From a virus, in the IMG/VR virus record IMGVR_UViG_3300044712_000991, positions 130,279 through 194,278 of that record: 64,000 nt of DNA; one strand, given 5' to 3'. The translations under genes and the position numbers were made by a program. Below are positions 51,501-60,831 of the stretch, piece by piece. Every line of letters begins with the position of its first letter. Position 1 is the stretch's first letter. The notes under the pieces were generated by a model that saw nothing but the letters and a program-made list of their open reading frames with translations, had not been told where the DNA came from and ran no database searches.

Positions 51501-54500
51501 GGATTGACCTCCAGTTCGTGCGCGGAGGCCTGTGTCCACTCATAGCCACCCACCTGATCACACTCGGAGGCCACGAGTTTCTTGACCAACCTTGGGCTCT
51601 CAATACCATAGATTTTGCTTTTCCACAGGTAGTGCAACATCGACGGTTCCAACCACGCCTCCAACCCCTCGGCCTCCGCATGGAGACCACCCACAGCGCC
51701 CAACGAGTCTAAGTCCGAGGGTGATGGGAGATCAACAGCCTCCTCCATCGTGCTCGCCTGTCCTACGTACTCCAAGTCCTGCCTGAAGTGCTCGGCCATC
51801 ATCCACCGCCCACCGTAGGGCATCACGCGAATCCTCCGCGAAGAGGGCACGACATCGAAGATGACCACCATGGAGTCCTGCCCCTTACCCTGAAGGAGTT
51901 CCTGATTGTAGACATAGTGAATATCCGATGGCCAGCGCTTGGTCACCTCTTCGAAGGGTACCCTCTCCCGGCGGCGACCCATCGTGGTCTCATAGTCGTA
52001 GGTATGACTACGGATATCCCGAGAGTCCGTGGTGTTGTCATTCTGTGCCATTAGCGCACTGAGCGTCGTGACCTCCCGCACCCAGAATCTCCAGTATCCT
52101 GGTCTCCACTTGCCCTTGAAGTGCACCTGGCTCCTACGGTACTCCCGTGGAATCTCCCACACCGAGCCCACTTGGATGTCCCCGCCTAGGTCGCTCAGGG
52201 CTTCGGCCTCCACGGTGCGTCCCGCTAGGGCAGACATGTGGGGTGGACGCATGTAGTGCGTGCGACCGTCCTGCGTATGCACCGCCCGTGCTTGGTCAAA
52301 GAAGTTTAGCCACACAACACTCGTGTTATCCTCGGGGAGGCCATCGGGTCGTGCGATAATCACCAACTGCCCACCCCGCTCGTTGATGGCGTTCACGGCG
52401 GCGTTCGCGTTCTGCGCTCTAAACTGCGTGGCCCACTTGCGTATGATTTCATCGGGTGTACCACTGTCTAGCACGGTGTACCGCATGTCCATCGGACCGA
52501 TGATGATGTCCCCCTTCTCTGGGGGGTAGGTGAGGAAGTCCCGTTCGACATCAATGAAGTTCTCCAAGGCTTCGGCGGTACTTGAGAGCTCATCCTCATG
52601 CCTTAAATACTTCAAAGGGTCTGCCGCAATGACATCAATAAACTCGGGGGCTACTACATGTTGTGCTTTTCCGTTCTCCGATGGCCACTCCTCAAACTTG
52701 AGAACAAAGCCCATCATAGTCTCCACCCATCGTGTCCGCGCAGGCCACGCATAAGGAGACACATCCTCTATGATATATAATGGACTGTCTTTGGAGACCA
52801 TCACACGCCGTGCATCCTCCGTAAATCTCAGACTATCATCCTCCAAACTGAGTTCGCTTGGCTTACACTCCTGTACCGCATACGGACGGAAACTCAAACT
52901 GTGTGGCTTACCTTTCCACAGATAGTCCCAGAAATGGTATTGCATGATATCCAAGCCCTCGGCCTGTGCTGAAAGACCTTTGGTGGGCACCTCCTCACTC
53001 GTTTGAAGTACTTCCTCCACGGGGTAGCACGCTATGTTCAAAGTACTTGATGATGTTGACTTCGTGTACCGTATGGCACACAGAGGGTTTGTGTCTCCAG
53101 CAAGGACTTTCTTCTGAACGTGATCCAAATTCCACGCATGCAGTGGAACCCCTTGCATAAGGCACCAGTCCAGAACTTCTGCGGGGGTACCCACGAACTC
53201 CACCTGGAATGCCATGCTCTTCCTATCAAGTACATCCAAGGTAGTCCAGTGACGTACTTTACCTAGTTCGGGGGTGGTGAAGATGTCCAAACCCTCAGCC
53301 TCGACCACCATGCTCGCCCCATATCGCTCCTCCGCTGGTGTGAAGTATGTGGCGTGCCACTGTTCAAGCCAGTGCTCAAGAGATCGCCGTGTACCGACAA
53401 GCATGTACAATGAATAATCCTCATCCTCAGATATCGCTCGTAGGAGGTACGCTACAGTAGTTGGGGGCTCGTTACTATGAAGAAACGACACACGAGCTCC
53501 TGGTGCACGTGCTCGGAACTGCTGCATCGGTGCTACCTGCTCTATGCGGTACACTAACACCCCCTGCTGGAACTTCAGCTTAAACTGCCCACCTATTTCC
53601 CACTCGGGATTGGTGAAGGTGTCCAACCCTTCAGCCTGTGCGGTGAGTGCTGCGGACACAGGGGGTTGGATGCCTAAGTTCTCCAGGTCATCCTCGGTCA
53701 GCCACGATATCCCCCCAGGACCCTGAATGATGTACACGGGTAGCACCTCGTTCGCTATCGCTCCCTTGGCACCTGGATGTGTAAACTTATCCCCCCACTT
53801 GCGAGCAATCATCGGACCATCCCCCGCATCGAGAACCTTGTACACCACTTGGTCGTCATTGGCATCGGGGAATGTCATACCCACGGGGTACTTAGGGAAT
53901 GTGATGACATCCAAGCCCTCGGCTACCGTTCTCCACGATCCGTAGCGCTGCTCGGCCTCCGTGGGGGTCTCGCGAGTGAGGCGCGTGCGTGGTAGAAAGT
54001 CACCATCCCCATCATCAAACCGTACGTACACCCATCCCATGGAGATGTACCGCAGTTTGCCCGCATCTTGAGACTCCCGCCCCGATCGGACTTCCCCGTG
54101 CTTCCCACTCGCAAGCCCCGAACCCTCGGAGACCACCACTCGCTCACCCACCCGAAGAGGTGGGGTATATCTGCGCTTCTCCACATACGACAGCCCCTCG
54201 GCGGTCGTTCTCAACTCAGATGTCGGTGGTACTTCCGCATAGCCCTGGGCAAACTGATGGAGAGGCTCGTAAGTGAGGTACCCCACCTGACCCTCCACCA
54301 CTCTGTGCAGGAGCACAATCGAGACATTGTTCTTCAACAAATCCGACCAGACCTGTACACCCGCACCTGGGTGCGCGGCCTTGTACTTCCGTAGCACCTC
54401 CCTGTATTCCTGAATAGAGTGCACAACGGCCACCACACGATACACCATCTTGGGGTCGATCCGCATATACACCATACTCCCCACACGCGCTGGACCATCA

Positions 54501-57500
54501 CGCAGTTCATCCAACAGTTCCGCCTGGGTCTGCCTACCCGATGGGGGGTCTACGATGTACGTCAGGCTCTCCATCTCCGAGGCGGAGGTCATGTGCTTTT
54601 GTGGATTACCCCAACTGTCCTGCTCGGCATCCGTGAACACGCACACGAGATCATCGGGCTGTAGGGTGTACTCGGGTCTGCTGTTCTTGGGTATGATGTA
54701 CTTCTTTCTCAGATTCCGCACAAGACCCACCTCGTAGATATGCACGGTCATCGTGAGCTCGGGATCGACGTACCGCCTGTACTGCCCAGGCTCGACGGAC
54801 ACCCCGAGACCCTCAAGGGCTTCCGCCGTGGTACTCAGGATGTTCCGCTGAATGGCATCCTCCTCCACCCAATTGTAGTACTCGGGTATCACCGCACTGT
54901 CAACGAATATGTAGAACTCGCGATTGGGATGCTGGATGTACACATCACGGTCTCCCGCGTGCTCTGCCAGATACCCCTGGTGCCCCCCATAGTCCTGTAA
55001 CACCTGTGAGTGCTGCATGAGGTGTGAACCGTACTGCACCTGTCCCCCCGCGTCCACCATGAAACAAAACTCTGCCCTCGACTGTCCGTACTGTGCATAC
55101 AACTCAGCGAGAGTACCCTGTGCAAGAACTTCATACACATAAGAGTTGTTGGTACGCCAGAGGTACTTGGGGTTGAACGTATCGAGTGCCTCCGCTGTAG
55201 TAGCCCTTCCCTGGGTATCCACAGGGGCGTACTGTGCGTGCAACTGCGCTATCGTCTCGTAGATAAGATAGGGCACACCCGAATTCCGGCGGATGATAAC
55301 CAACGGCTCTGTCATCTTCGCCGCCACTCCATCCACTGTTAGGGTGGCCGCGACGTTCGTGTGCTTAGCAAGGTACGCACGCATGATCTGCTTGAACTGC
55401 TCGGGGGTGTCCGCAATGTCCACAACGGTGTACGTCCACTCATCAGCGGGGAACCTTTTCAAATACAACTCCGTACCTGGCGCGGACAGGAGGTCGTAGT
55501 CTAAGGCCTCCGCCGTGTGCTGTACTCCCTCTTCGGCAGGGGGATCATCATCAATCCCCGGCGTGTGTTGCTCCTCCCGACTGAACTTCTCCAGGAACAA
55601 TGGTAGTGCCGACCACCCGAGGTCTCCGTTGAGCATGCGCAGGATTACCACGGGCTCCCGCTGCTTCTTCATCGCCGTGAAGTACCGTGGGGGAACAGAG
55701 CCCTCCCACCGCTGCGCTATCTCGTAAGGATCACCCACATCGCGTACGCTGATCTCCCTGTACATCCCAGGCTGCACCCACTGCCCCTCGTGGTAAGAGG
55801 GGCGTATGTACCACTTCTCCCCCACATGCACGGGGTAGGTGGTGAGGTCTGTCAAGGCCTCCGCCTGTACGGGGCGAGCTGGGACTTTCTTGAGCATCAC
55901 CATGTTGGGTTCAGTATTGTACGCATAGGTGTCCGCATCCCTGAAGGTCGCCGTGGAGTGTGTGCAGTACAGGATGTAACACCGCACCCCCGCCAAAAGG
56001 GTGTCCCGCACGCCCTCCACCATCCTTGGCTGTGCATCTTCCACCCACGACCGACTCTGTAGAATATCCGTACGAACATCCTCGGGATTGAGAATGTCCA
56101 CCACACGGTAGAACACATCCGTACCATCCACGAAGGTTACGGTGTCCCCGATGTTGACGTCCCGAGGACTTTCAAAGACCTCCAAGGCCTCGGCTGTCGT
56201 ACGCCGCCTACGGACACGCCGGGGTTGTTTGGGTAGCACCTCGTAGCCATCGCGAACGAAGTCCTCACCATCCATCCATGTGACATCCCCATCCTCATCT
56301 TCCACCACGATGACCACCTCTGCCTTCTGCATCACAAACTTTGCGCGGGAGTAGCCCTCATTAACGAACCTCTGCCCCCACAGGTCACCCATCGCTCTCC
56401 CCGCACCACTACCGAGGACATACTGCACGGAGGCCGTGCTATTGCGACGAATGTGGTCACCTTGAACACAGGGGAGGCTCATCACATTCAACGCCTCTGC
56501 CGTACGCGTCCGTGTACGCGTACGGGGCTCCACCACACGCCACTTTCCGTTCGTCATGCTCGCCGCGGGCATCCATCCATATTTACGCTCCTCGTTCTCA
56601 TCGTCCTCATCCAAGAGAATCAGAACTTCCTCATCATCCACCGCTCTCATTCTCTCCGTAGCCCGAGGATATGTGGGAAAGGCGTGTGCCCACTTATCGG
56701 CCATCATCCGCCCTGGACCCTGATCAACAACAAGCGACTGCCATGTGTACGTCCCCGGACCCTCGATGGTCTTTCCAACAAATGACCCAGCGTTCATGAT
56801 GTCCAACCCCTCCGCGACCGCCACGAGCGATCCCACGGCTCTCCGGGGCTTCCCGAGCGCCATGTACGGCCCCACTCTATCCCACAAGTTACACATTAAC
56901 CCCCGGATAGTCAAGTCGTACTCGGAGTACGGGGCGTAGCTATCCATAAAGTCCCTCAAGAGGTCTGCATCGGGCTTGCGTACGCTGAGCTTCCGCACGA
57001 GTTGGCGGGGGGTCATGTCAAACGTGTCCATCGTGTGCTCACCGGCCTCCGCCGCATACTCCTCCAACTGCCGGGGGAAGTCGAGAACATCATACGCGCA
57101 ATCCGTCTGTGCGTTGACATGCACACCGTGATCCCAGTTGGCCACGCGCACGACCTCCTTGGTCGTGGGGTTCATCATCACCCTGAACTGCATGAGAGCC
57201 TCCACGGGGTCGGTGTTGTGGAAATCCCTACCCCCGAGGTTCGTAAAGCCTATCTTGTACAACGCCCGTGCGAAGTCGTGCATGTCATACAGACTGATAT
57301 TCGCAGACTCAGGGGAAGTCTCCTCCACCACATCCAACCCTTCAGCTTCGGTCTTCAACGCGCTCTCGGCAGTCTTGGGGGTCGAGGATGTCAAATGGAA
57401 CGCTCCGTTCATACTGAGCACGATGACTTCATCCCTATCGCTGACCATCAAGACCATCGATCTCCGGCGTGTCTCGGGCTCCTCATGTGAGCGGAAGAGG

Positions 57501-58693
57501 ACATCCCGCGTGTCCCCCTCGGGCACCAAGCCGCTGTCCAGGAGTTCCTCGGGCGTACCCACGGCGAGTACAGTGTACTTCCTATGGTTGTCCCTGCTAC
57601 CTGTCCACCGCGTCTGACCCACATAGATGTCCGACTGCATCTCTGGCAGGGCTTCGGCTGTGATGGTCTTTTTCTCCTTGCGTGCGCGTTCGATGCGTTC
57701 GCCATCCACACGGTAATCGTTGGACAGGAGTGTCATGCTCTCCGAGTAGACTATCACGGAGTGAAAGCCCCGTTCAACAAAGGGTTCCCACTCATCCACT
57801 AGTTGCCCACTCGCGATGGTCACCGAGTGCACTTCATCGGGGGAGACGTTGGATATGTAGCGCCCCTCAAACGACCGCCTGACCTGGAATAGTTCGAACG
57901 CCACGATCTTCGGGTTACGTACATACAGGGTGTACCCACTCGCGGTGAGCCACACTTGGTACTCCTTGAGTTGCTTGAGGAACGACCCAAAGGACTCATG
58001 CTCTTCATACTGAAGACCTTCGGCTTGGGTGCGGAGAGAAGCTTGAGTGGGACGTGGATCGAAGAGTTGGGAACGGATGTCATCGAAGGGCACGAGCACA
58101 TTGACCCCAAAGCGCGTGTCCTGCAATATGGCGAGCACGCTGTTCGTCGTATGCGCACGCAAATCGGTTGCGATCTCTGGATGGTCTGCCCAGTTTGACC
58201 CGAGGAAATAGTCACGATAACCGATGTCTACTACTATCCAGTCAGAATCCTGCCATGTGACAGGGGCTCCGAACTTCAAGGCCTCCGGGGTGTTCATGGC
58301 GAACTCCAACCCCTCAGCTTGCACACTGAGAGAGGCTTCTACTGGAGGTACAAAGTCTTCAAATTGGGAGCGTATAGCATCAATAGGTACGGTTGTGTAC
58401 TCTCCGTTGCCATCCTCATACAGTACAGCGAGCGCACGGTTTGTGGGGTACTGTTGCAGTTCGCCACGAATACCAGTATTGTTCCCCCACCTATCAGTCC
58501 CGAGTAACTCATCGCGATAGCCAATGTCGAAGACTTCCCATATGTTACCATCCCATTCCACAGGAGTAGCATACACCCACTCTTTTGGAAGAAGTTCACC
58601 GTCGTGGGGGGAAGGTGCATCTGGGGTGTTCATGGCGAACTCCAAACCTTCGGAAGTTGTACGCAGGGGGTCTAAAGCGGTCTTGGGAGTCAT
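45536..58693 (-). CDS. 4385-aa giant modular polyprotein with about 32 [A/S]E[G/A/L][L/V] linkers
   Basis: Linkers counted in the translation; many small SH3/KOW-like modules, four FA[R/Q]AL[Y/F]..GF modules, three YTG..H..A...TREEAA modules. Confidence 0.9.
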   Translation of the reverse strand: MTPKTALDPLRTTSEGLEFAMNTPDAPSPHDGELLPKEWVYATPVEWDGNIWEVFDIGYRDELLGTDRWGNNTGIRGELQQYPTNRALAVLYEDGNGEYTTVPIDAIRSQFEDFVPPVEASLSVQAEGLEFAMNTPEALKFGAPVTWQDSDWIVVDIGYRDYFLGSNWADHPEIATDLRAHTTNSVLAILQDTRFGVNVLVPFDDIRSQLFDPRPTQASLRTQAEGLQYEEHESFGSFLKQLKEYQVWLTASGYTLYVRNPKIVAFELFQVRRSFEGRYISNVSPDEVHSVTIASGQLVDEWEPFVERGFHSVIVYSESMTLLSNDYRVDGERIERARKEKKTITAEALPEMQSDIYVGQTRWTGSRDNHRKYTVLAVGTPEELLDSGLVPEGDTRDVLFRSHEEPETRRRSMVLMVSDRDEVIVLSMNGAFHLTSSTPKTAESALKTEAEGLDVVEETSPESANISLYDMHDFARALYKIGFTNLGGRDFHNTDPVEALMQFRVMMNPTTKEVVRVANWDHGVHVNAQTDCAYDVLDFPRQLEEYAAEAGEHTMDTFDMTPRQLVRKLSVRKPDADLLRDFMDSYAPYSEYDLTIRGLMCNLWDRVGPYMALGKPRRAVGSLVAVAEGLDIMNAGSFVGKTIEGPGTYTWQSLVVDQGPGRMMADKWAHAFPTYPRATERMRAVDDEEVLILLDEDDENEERKYGWMPAASMTNGKWRVVEPRTRTRTRTAEALNVMSLPCVQGDHIRRNSTASVQYVLGSGAGRAMGDLWGQRFVNEGYSRAKFVMQKAEVVIVVEDEDGDVTWMDGEDFVRDGYEVLPKQPRRVRRRRTTAEALEVFESPRDVNIGDTVTFVDGTDVFYRVVDILNPEDVRTDILQSRSWVEDAQPRMVEGVRDTLLAGVRCYILYCTHSTATFRDADTYAYNTEPNMVMLKKVPARPVQAEALTDLTTYPVHVGEKWYIRPSYHEGQWVQPGMYREISVRDVGDPYEIAQRWEGSVPPRYFTAMKKQREPVVILRMLNGDLGWSALPLFLEKFSREEQHTPGIDDDPPAEEGVQHTAEALDYDLLSAPGTELYLKRFPADEWTYTVVDIADTPEQFKQIMRAYLAKHTNVAATLTVDGVAAKMTEPLVIIRRNSGVPYLIYETIAQLHAQYAPVDTQGRATTAEALDTFNPKYLWRTNNSYVYEVLAQGTLAELYAQYGQSRAEFCFMVDAGGQVQYGSHLMQHSQVLQDYGGHQGYLAEHAGDRDVYIQHPNREFYIFVDSAVIPEYYNWVEEDAIQRNILSTTAEALEGLGVSVEPGQYRRYVDPELTMTVHIYEVGLVRNLRKKYIIPKNSRPEYTLQPDDLVCVFTDAEQDSWGNPQKHMTSASEMESLTYIVDPPSGRQTQAELLDELRDGPARVGSMVYMRIDPKMVYRVVAVVHSIQEYREVLRKYKAAHPGAGVQVWSDLLKNNVSIVLLHRVVEGQVGYLTYEPLHQFAQGYAEVPPTSELRTTAEGLSYVEKRRYTPPLRVGERVVVSEGSGLASGKHGEVRSGRESQDAGKLRYISMGWVYVRFDDGDGDFLPRTRLTRETPTEAEQRYGSWRTVAEGLDVITFPKYPVGMTFPDANDDQVVYKVLDAGDGPMIARKWGDKFTHPGAKGAIANEVLPVYIIQGPGGISWLTEDDLENLGIQPPVSAALTAQAEGLDTFTNPEWEIGGQFKLKFQQGVLVYRIEQVAPMQQFRARAPGARVSFLHSNEPPTTVAYLLRAISEDEDYSLYMLVGTRRSLEHWLEQWHATYFTPAEERYGASMVVEAEGLDIFTTPELGKVRHWTTLDVLDRKSMAFQVEFVGTPAEVLDWCLMQGVPLHAWNLDHVQKKVLAGDTNPLCAIRYTKSTSSSTLNIACYPVEEVLQTSEEVPTKGLSAQAEGLDIMQYHFWDYLWKGKPHSLSFRPYAVQECKPSELSLEDDSLRFTEDARRVMVSKDSPLYIIEDVSPYAWPARTRWVETMMGFVLKFEEWPSENGKAQHVVAPEFIDVIAADPLKYLRHEDELSSTAEALENFIDVERDFLTYPPEKGDIIIGPMDMRYTVLDSGTPDEIIRKWATQFRAQNANAAVNAINERGGQLVIIARPDGLPEDNTSVVWLNFFDQARAVHTQDGRTHYMRPPHMSALAGRTVEAEALSDLGGDIQVGSVWEIPREYRRSQVHFKGKWRPGYWRFWVREVTTLSALMAQNDNTTDSRDIRSHTYDYETTMGRRRERVPFEEVTKRWPSDIHYVYNQELLQGKGQDSMVVIFDVVPSSRRIRVMPYGGRWMMAEHFRQDLEYVGQASTMEEAVDLPSPSDLDSLGAVGGLHAEAEGLEAWLEPSMLHYLWKSKIYGIESPRLVKKLVASECDQVGGYEWTQASAHELEVNPHGELYAVYTMRWTPDQQEFPRLLTLRELMSEVQPYPMGSMRREHLERMPDSIRSEFHIHPEWMAAWEQAPGDYLTWEELPGMNATAEGLLAIPDADYEGIIIGEPRKWLHAPYQATETPFSVEDVGTWEDFQERKVFDNLLHGDNYPWFNTGEVLCLIKYQGLLHFPYSLSTLADVREKSLPVSQIQVTAEALNTPMVTVGDIYQWERYTDVFYVVRGTGSFRDLRTEFPDALSLAGETPDEQGVIVESLLASDPTVRGTLSKIPLASLVRHGQYLGRIEQVLPREQRRAELLDDMDKDAPPAGSPFQVGTMTRMGGSFFPIVDYGPLWVMEARYGPENLALSDQGMRRPQAPDLVYISRSPQEGLYFIDTQKTLEADLASGVLTIVPPDEEDGALRTTAEGLEIMQGPPVGGMHLTWKDAKQFAQALFDAGFTATLSLEPAVSLFEQGVLMNPQTMEFVFAEVRGHYEYNPTELRCRFVHLSVEDILTLVRRVARRESGLFEEELNMRTAEVIEELRAELLGPNPLGLLMMVFRAIPNAPHTTFNTTLGALVSTLWSRVRPFMVIGSVRTAEALTELAQPDQLRLEPEGWVYDVVDHGTLYDVWHRHSLERPKFNVKLYSGPGDFVRFDVMETPEVVVQYKNVQGVLLSHAYDKRPTGEQDTRMKDTRFFLFVDNRCLTDEYVPAWSDVRGREASGSWRTAGLLATSEGLDAFQEPPEFNSETRVTRENLEEFARALYKVGFTGTLEGESPEASLLQGGALVDLSQRRVVFLTNWDFASLQPTLSLVGATYERSMGALAGYVDQNIQDSGVGDEADEERQYILRTYFGGRTREEIQETFVGGSGDEVMELVGGWLSFVHNYLNDGQKWYEQNNNLADVIEELWPEIGQYMPHFQTPRSATAVLRSTSEGLGYMENAHQGLPEDYIMSWEDADNFARALYAIGFTALEEDTDDDPVRSLYVAGALMNPTTREVIVCEPQEDRDDADYDGPTFVQCSMTTMPLEDMEREVREFDGGAFESDLGMTTRDVLQELRRSSVPPQNPLPFLLEVVDCMDAFARSDYQMHLGELLADLWPRVKHLMELHPGKDVRRESSLRVRAEGLEEYGTIFVEGAHFMDGGSLDWNRLEEVGQYKDMMIAFHNPVWGLHTPTLFTPETPVWAYYSFGDKETYVDTEATLMEFLARGQIVFGDPRGPKPSVQPLWRTAELVDDPVLKYHPGEKYYAKALQDFIHILDTGTFEEMRRAHPEVYVSPTLDKHQQLYIVAKCGPQVFLSTVLALEKGLGMMNTVGARGYGEQFFITPEGEIVDAPEGHPYVAPSLLWSRYHEKVAEIEEGLEGYEEIALLLLKGWARVWNNHEDGEMGIESSTGFKGGVKDAIIELAAQYPHTLFILEDRKLVFFRGQGSELLDRDVLGSLVEHSTRKYPFLAAAIKLPDGRVYTGDWHAEAYRAFMEEEGLDFPEGYPEMPDALLNHPEYSEGFITNQGQYVTREEAAEIMRLPADQAEVGTLRNLGLMEEDPLPEGYRRTHASMGYSAFNVHLAASGLFKAPAFEIEGATYTGTTHSDATMAYLRRVDPEFDSLPELEQWRVIDEVMERGIDGFITNDDQFVTREEAARMLNVDYAESIEMRGRGEFGDPLKGTAALRIMASGLFEAPAFLVNGDLYTGYTHADAIEGFVRDVNPEFDRLAPDQREYEIDSFRNLGTEGYVLKGGQKFVTREEAAKMINVDYAESFDMRDMGHLDDSQEATSSMHAVAEGLEFMESDPTEEDPLGIIGQTYLYEDADRYVVIAFGNLKDMVNMEGALRVAFPEEGHKNWADMKVYVVATLARHYPYQWVTPEKLSGEIFRGTIKFDYDLHATAEGLNDMSEAIMVIHGEPYIRGGVLPHHGYRVFDAGSLEDMHAKYMTPSKPWRIGLMLEPLRFSKDGVTEEDLAQHGQDWVYVLSYVNFDGSPSEDGLGSLLFVGVEAFSRSFRDLRSPDQLQPLPQREY

Positions 58694-58779
58694 ACAGGCG
58701 AATTCCGTTTGTTTTGAGGCATCTTGATTACTGACATACTGCCCTACAGCGCTGTCGAAGTGGCGGGTACGAACGCGAA

Positions 58780-58816
58780 GCAGACCGCTCGTGGATCACG
58801 TCCCCAAGCGGTCTGC
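58780..58816 (-). other. Intergenic hairpin
   Basis: GCAGACCGCT/AGCGGTCTGC 10-bp stem enclosing CGTG-ATC-CACG. Confidence 0.55.
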
Positions 58817-58843
58817 CGTGGTCACAGGGGCTCCCCGGGATGC

Positions 58844-60811
58844 CTACAGAGCACTGAGGGCTTGTATCGTGGTCTCATACTCCCGACCACCGAAGACCGC
58901 GACTACCCTGTCACCCACTATCCGATCGACCGTACCCTGTCCGAGCGTGGGGTCGGTCAACATCTGTCCTACGCTGATGATGGATGCCTTCTTACCCTTC
59001 GCTGGCGTGGGGGCGGCAGGAGCCTCTACGGGCTGTTCAACGGGTCCTGGAGCCTCTCCCGGGGCGGGGTTGGTCGTTGGGGGCTGTGCCTCAGGTGCCT
59101 CGGGAGCGGGTTGGGCTTCCACGGGCTGACCGTTCAGCATGTCCCCCGTGCCCATCCCATTCACAGGATCGGCCTCGACGGAGATGTTGATCTGACCATC
59201 GGGCTTCTTCGTGAACTCCACACCAGCCTGACGCTGTGCACCCCGTTGTCCACGCACTACACGGGGCATCCTCTTGGAACTCAGACCGAGCCCCGAACCT
59301 CTGCCGTACCCCCGCTCTGCGCGTGACATGTCCTTGAGGATAGCATTGGGGCTTACAATGCCCAGTTCCTTCAGGTACTCCAGAAGACCCTGTACATCGT
59401 GGGGATCACTCATGTACCCATCATCAAAGATGGACTGCTCATCCTCCCCGAGTTCGGCACCGGCCTTGATGTCGTACACCGTTTGTCCCGTTGAGGCATC
59501 CCGCACATCCGCAGAGAACGACCCCCGCTCATCGAGATTGATGTAGTACTCCAGGACTTGCGTGTCGCCACCCATCTGCGTATCACCTGGCAACACATCG
59601 GCCTCCTTGTTCAGGAACTGCATGACCGACCGCCAACCCTTCTTGAGCAGACCCTCTCTTTTCGTGGAGGTCGAGGGTGTCCCCATCTCGATCGCCTTTG
59701 ACTTTCTGGCACCCACGCGGACACCCTTGCGTTGGTCGAACGGGGCGACCTCCTGAAGAACTGGCTGGAAACTCTGCGCGAAGTCCGAGAGGGGTGCGAC
59801 TGTGAGTGTCCCCCTCTTCAGGAATGCGACCACGACCTGCTTGGGCTTGAACTCCGCCTGAGCGCCCGTGACCACCTTGTACCCCTTGAGAGCCCCTTGA
59901 GCACTCAGTGCGGGCTGTACGACCTGTGCCTCCTGAATGGCCTCTTGGGTCTTCAACTGCTGCCACAGACCAACCGCTTGGAGTGCCACGCGCTCACCCG
60001 AGGCCTTGCTCTCGAACAGCCCACCCTTGCGCCACGAACTCCGCCGTGGGGTGTACCGCGTGCCACCCGTACCAAGGGAGTGCTCACTGTTGTACTCAGG
60101 ATGGTCAAACCGTCCACCCCACTCTTTCGGGCGTGGTCCCCGTGATTTGTCGGTGGACATGGGTTCTCCATCAAACCTCTGAAACTTCTCACCACACTTG
60201 GGGCACGTGCTCTGCGTAAAGGATGTCATTGGCGTAGACCCAGGAGCGAACTCTCGGGTGTCCCCCTGATACCCGCAGCCTGGGCAGTGCTGATACTCGT
60301 TGGCCTTCTTCTGGAGCGCAGTTCTCCACGCCACTCCCTGACGGAACTCCGCCGACCCTGTTTTGTACTCTGGCTGGGCTCCGAGAGCCTCCTCCTTGTG
60401 GGTCTTCACGGTCTCCGCCCGACCACCGCGCTCGTTCATCAGGGCACTCCCGAGGTCACGCCATGCACTCGGCTTCCCGTTGAGAGCCGAGTTCTGTGCG
60501 GGGTTCGCCTTGCGGTTGAGTGCCTCACCCTTGGTTGCCTGCTCCCTCCACGCGCTCACCTCTTTCTTCGCAGGATCGCCACCCGGCACGGGTTTGTCCC
60601 CCGAGAACTCTGCACGCATGGGCACCCCACCGCTACCCTCGGAGGTGTAGGTCGGCTTGTCCGCCTTTGTCCCCTGCTGCTTCTTGGTCACCGCCTGCCC
60701 AACACCTGCGCCCGCGCTTTCACTCGCCGCACTGTGTTCGACACCCGAGAATGTGAGGAGAGCCTGTTGCCTCCATGTACCTATCTTGAGCTTCCGTGGT
60801 TCGACCGACAT
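58844..60811 (-). CDS. 655-aa low-complexity, probably virion-internal protein with Zn ribbon and Pro-rich tail
   Basis: HCPGCG...CPKCG; recurring W-R motif; C-terminal SH3-like module. Confidence 0.75.
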   Translation of the reverse strand: MSVEPRKLKIGTWRQQALLTFSGVEHSAASESAGAGVGQAVTKKQQGTKADKPTYTSEGSGGVPMRAEFSGDKPVPGGDPAKKEVSAWREQATKGEALNRKANPAQNSALNGKPSAWRDLGSALMNERGGRAETVKTHKEEALGAQPEYKTGSAEFRQGVAWRTALQKKANEYQHCPGCGYQGDTREFAPGSTPMTSFTQSTCPKCGEKFQRFDGEPMSTDKSRGPRPKEWGGRFDHPEYNSEHSLGTGGTRYTPRRSSWRKGGLFESKASGERVALQAVGLWQQLKTQEAIQEAQVVQPALSAQGALKGYKVVTGAQAEFKPKQVVVAFLKRGTLTVAPLSDFAQSFQPVLQEVAPFDQRKGVRVGARKSKAIEMGTPSTSTKREGLLKKGWRSVMQFLNKEADVLPGDTQMGGDTQVLEYYINLDERGSFSADVRDASTGQTVYDIKAGAELGEDEQSIFDDGYMSDPHDVQGLLEYLKELGIVSPNAILKDMSRAERGYGRGSGLGLSSKRMPRVVRGQRGAQRQAGVEFTKKPDGQINISVEADPVNGMGTGDMLNGQPVEAQPAPEAPEAQPPTTNPAPGEAPGPVEQPVEAPAAPTPAKGKKASIISVGQMLTDPTLGQGTVDRIVGDRVVAVFGGREYETTIQALSAL

Positions 60812-60831
60812 GATGTACCTCTCTCGCTTGG

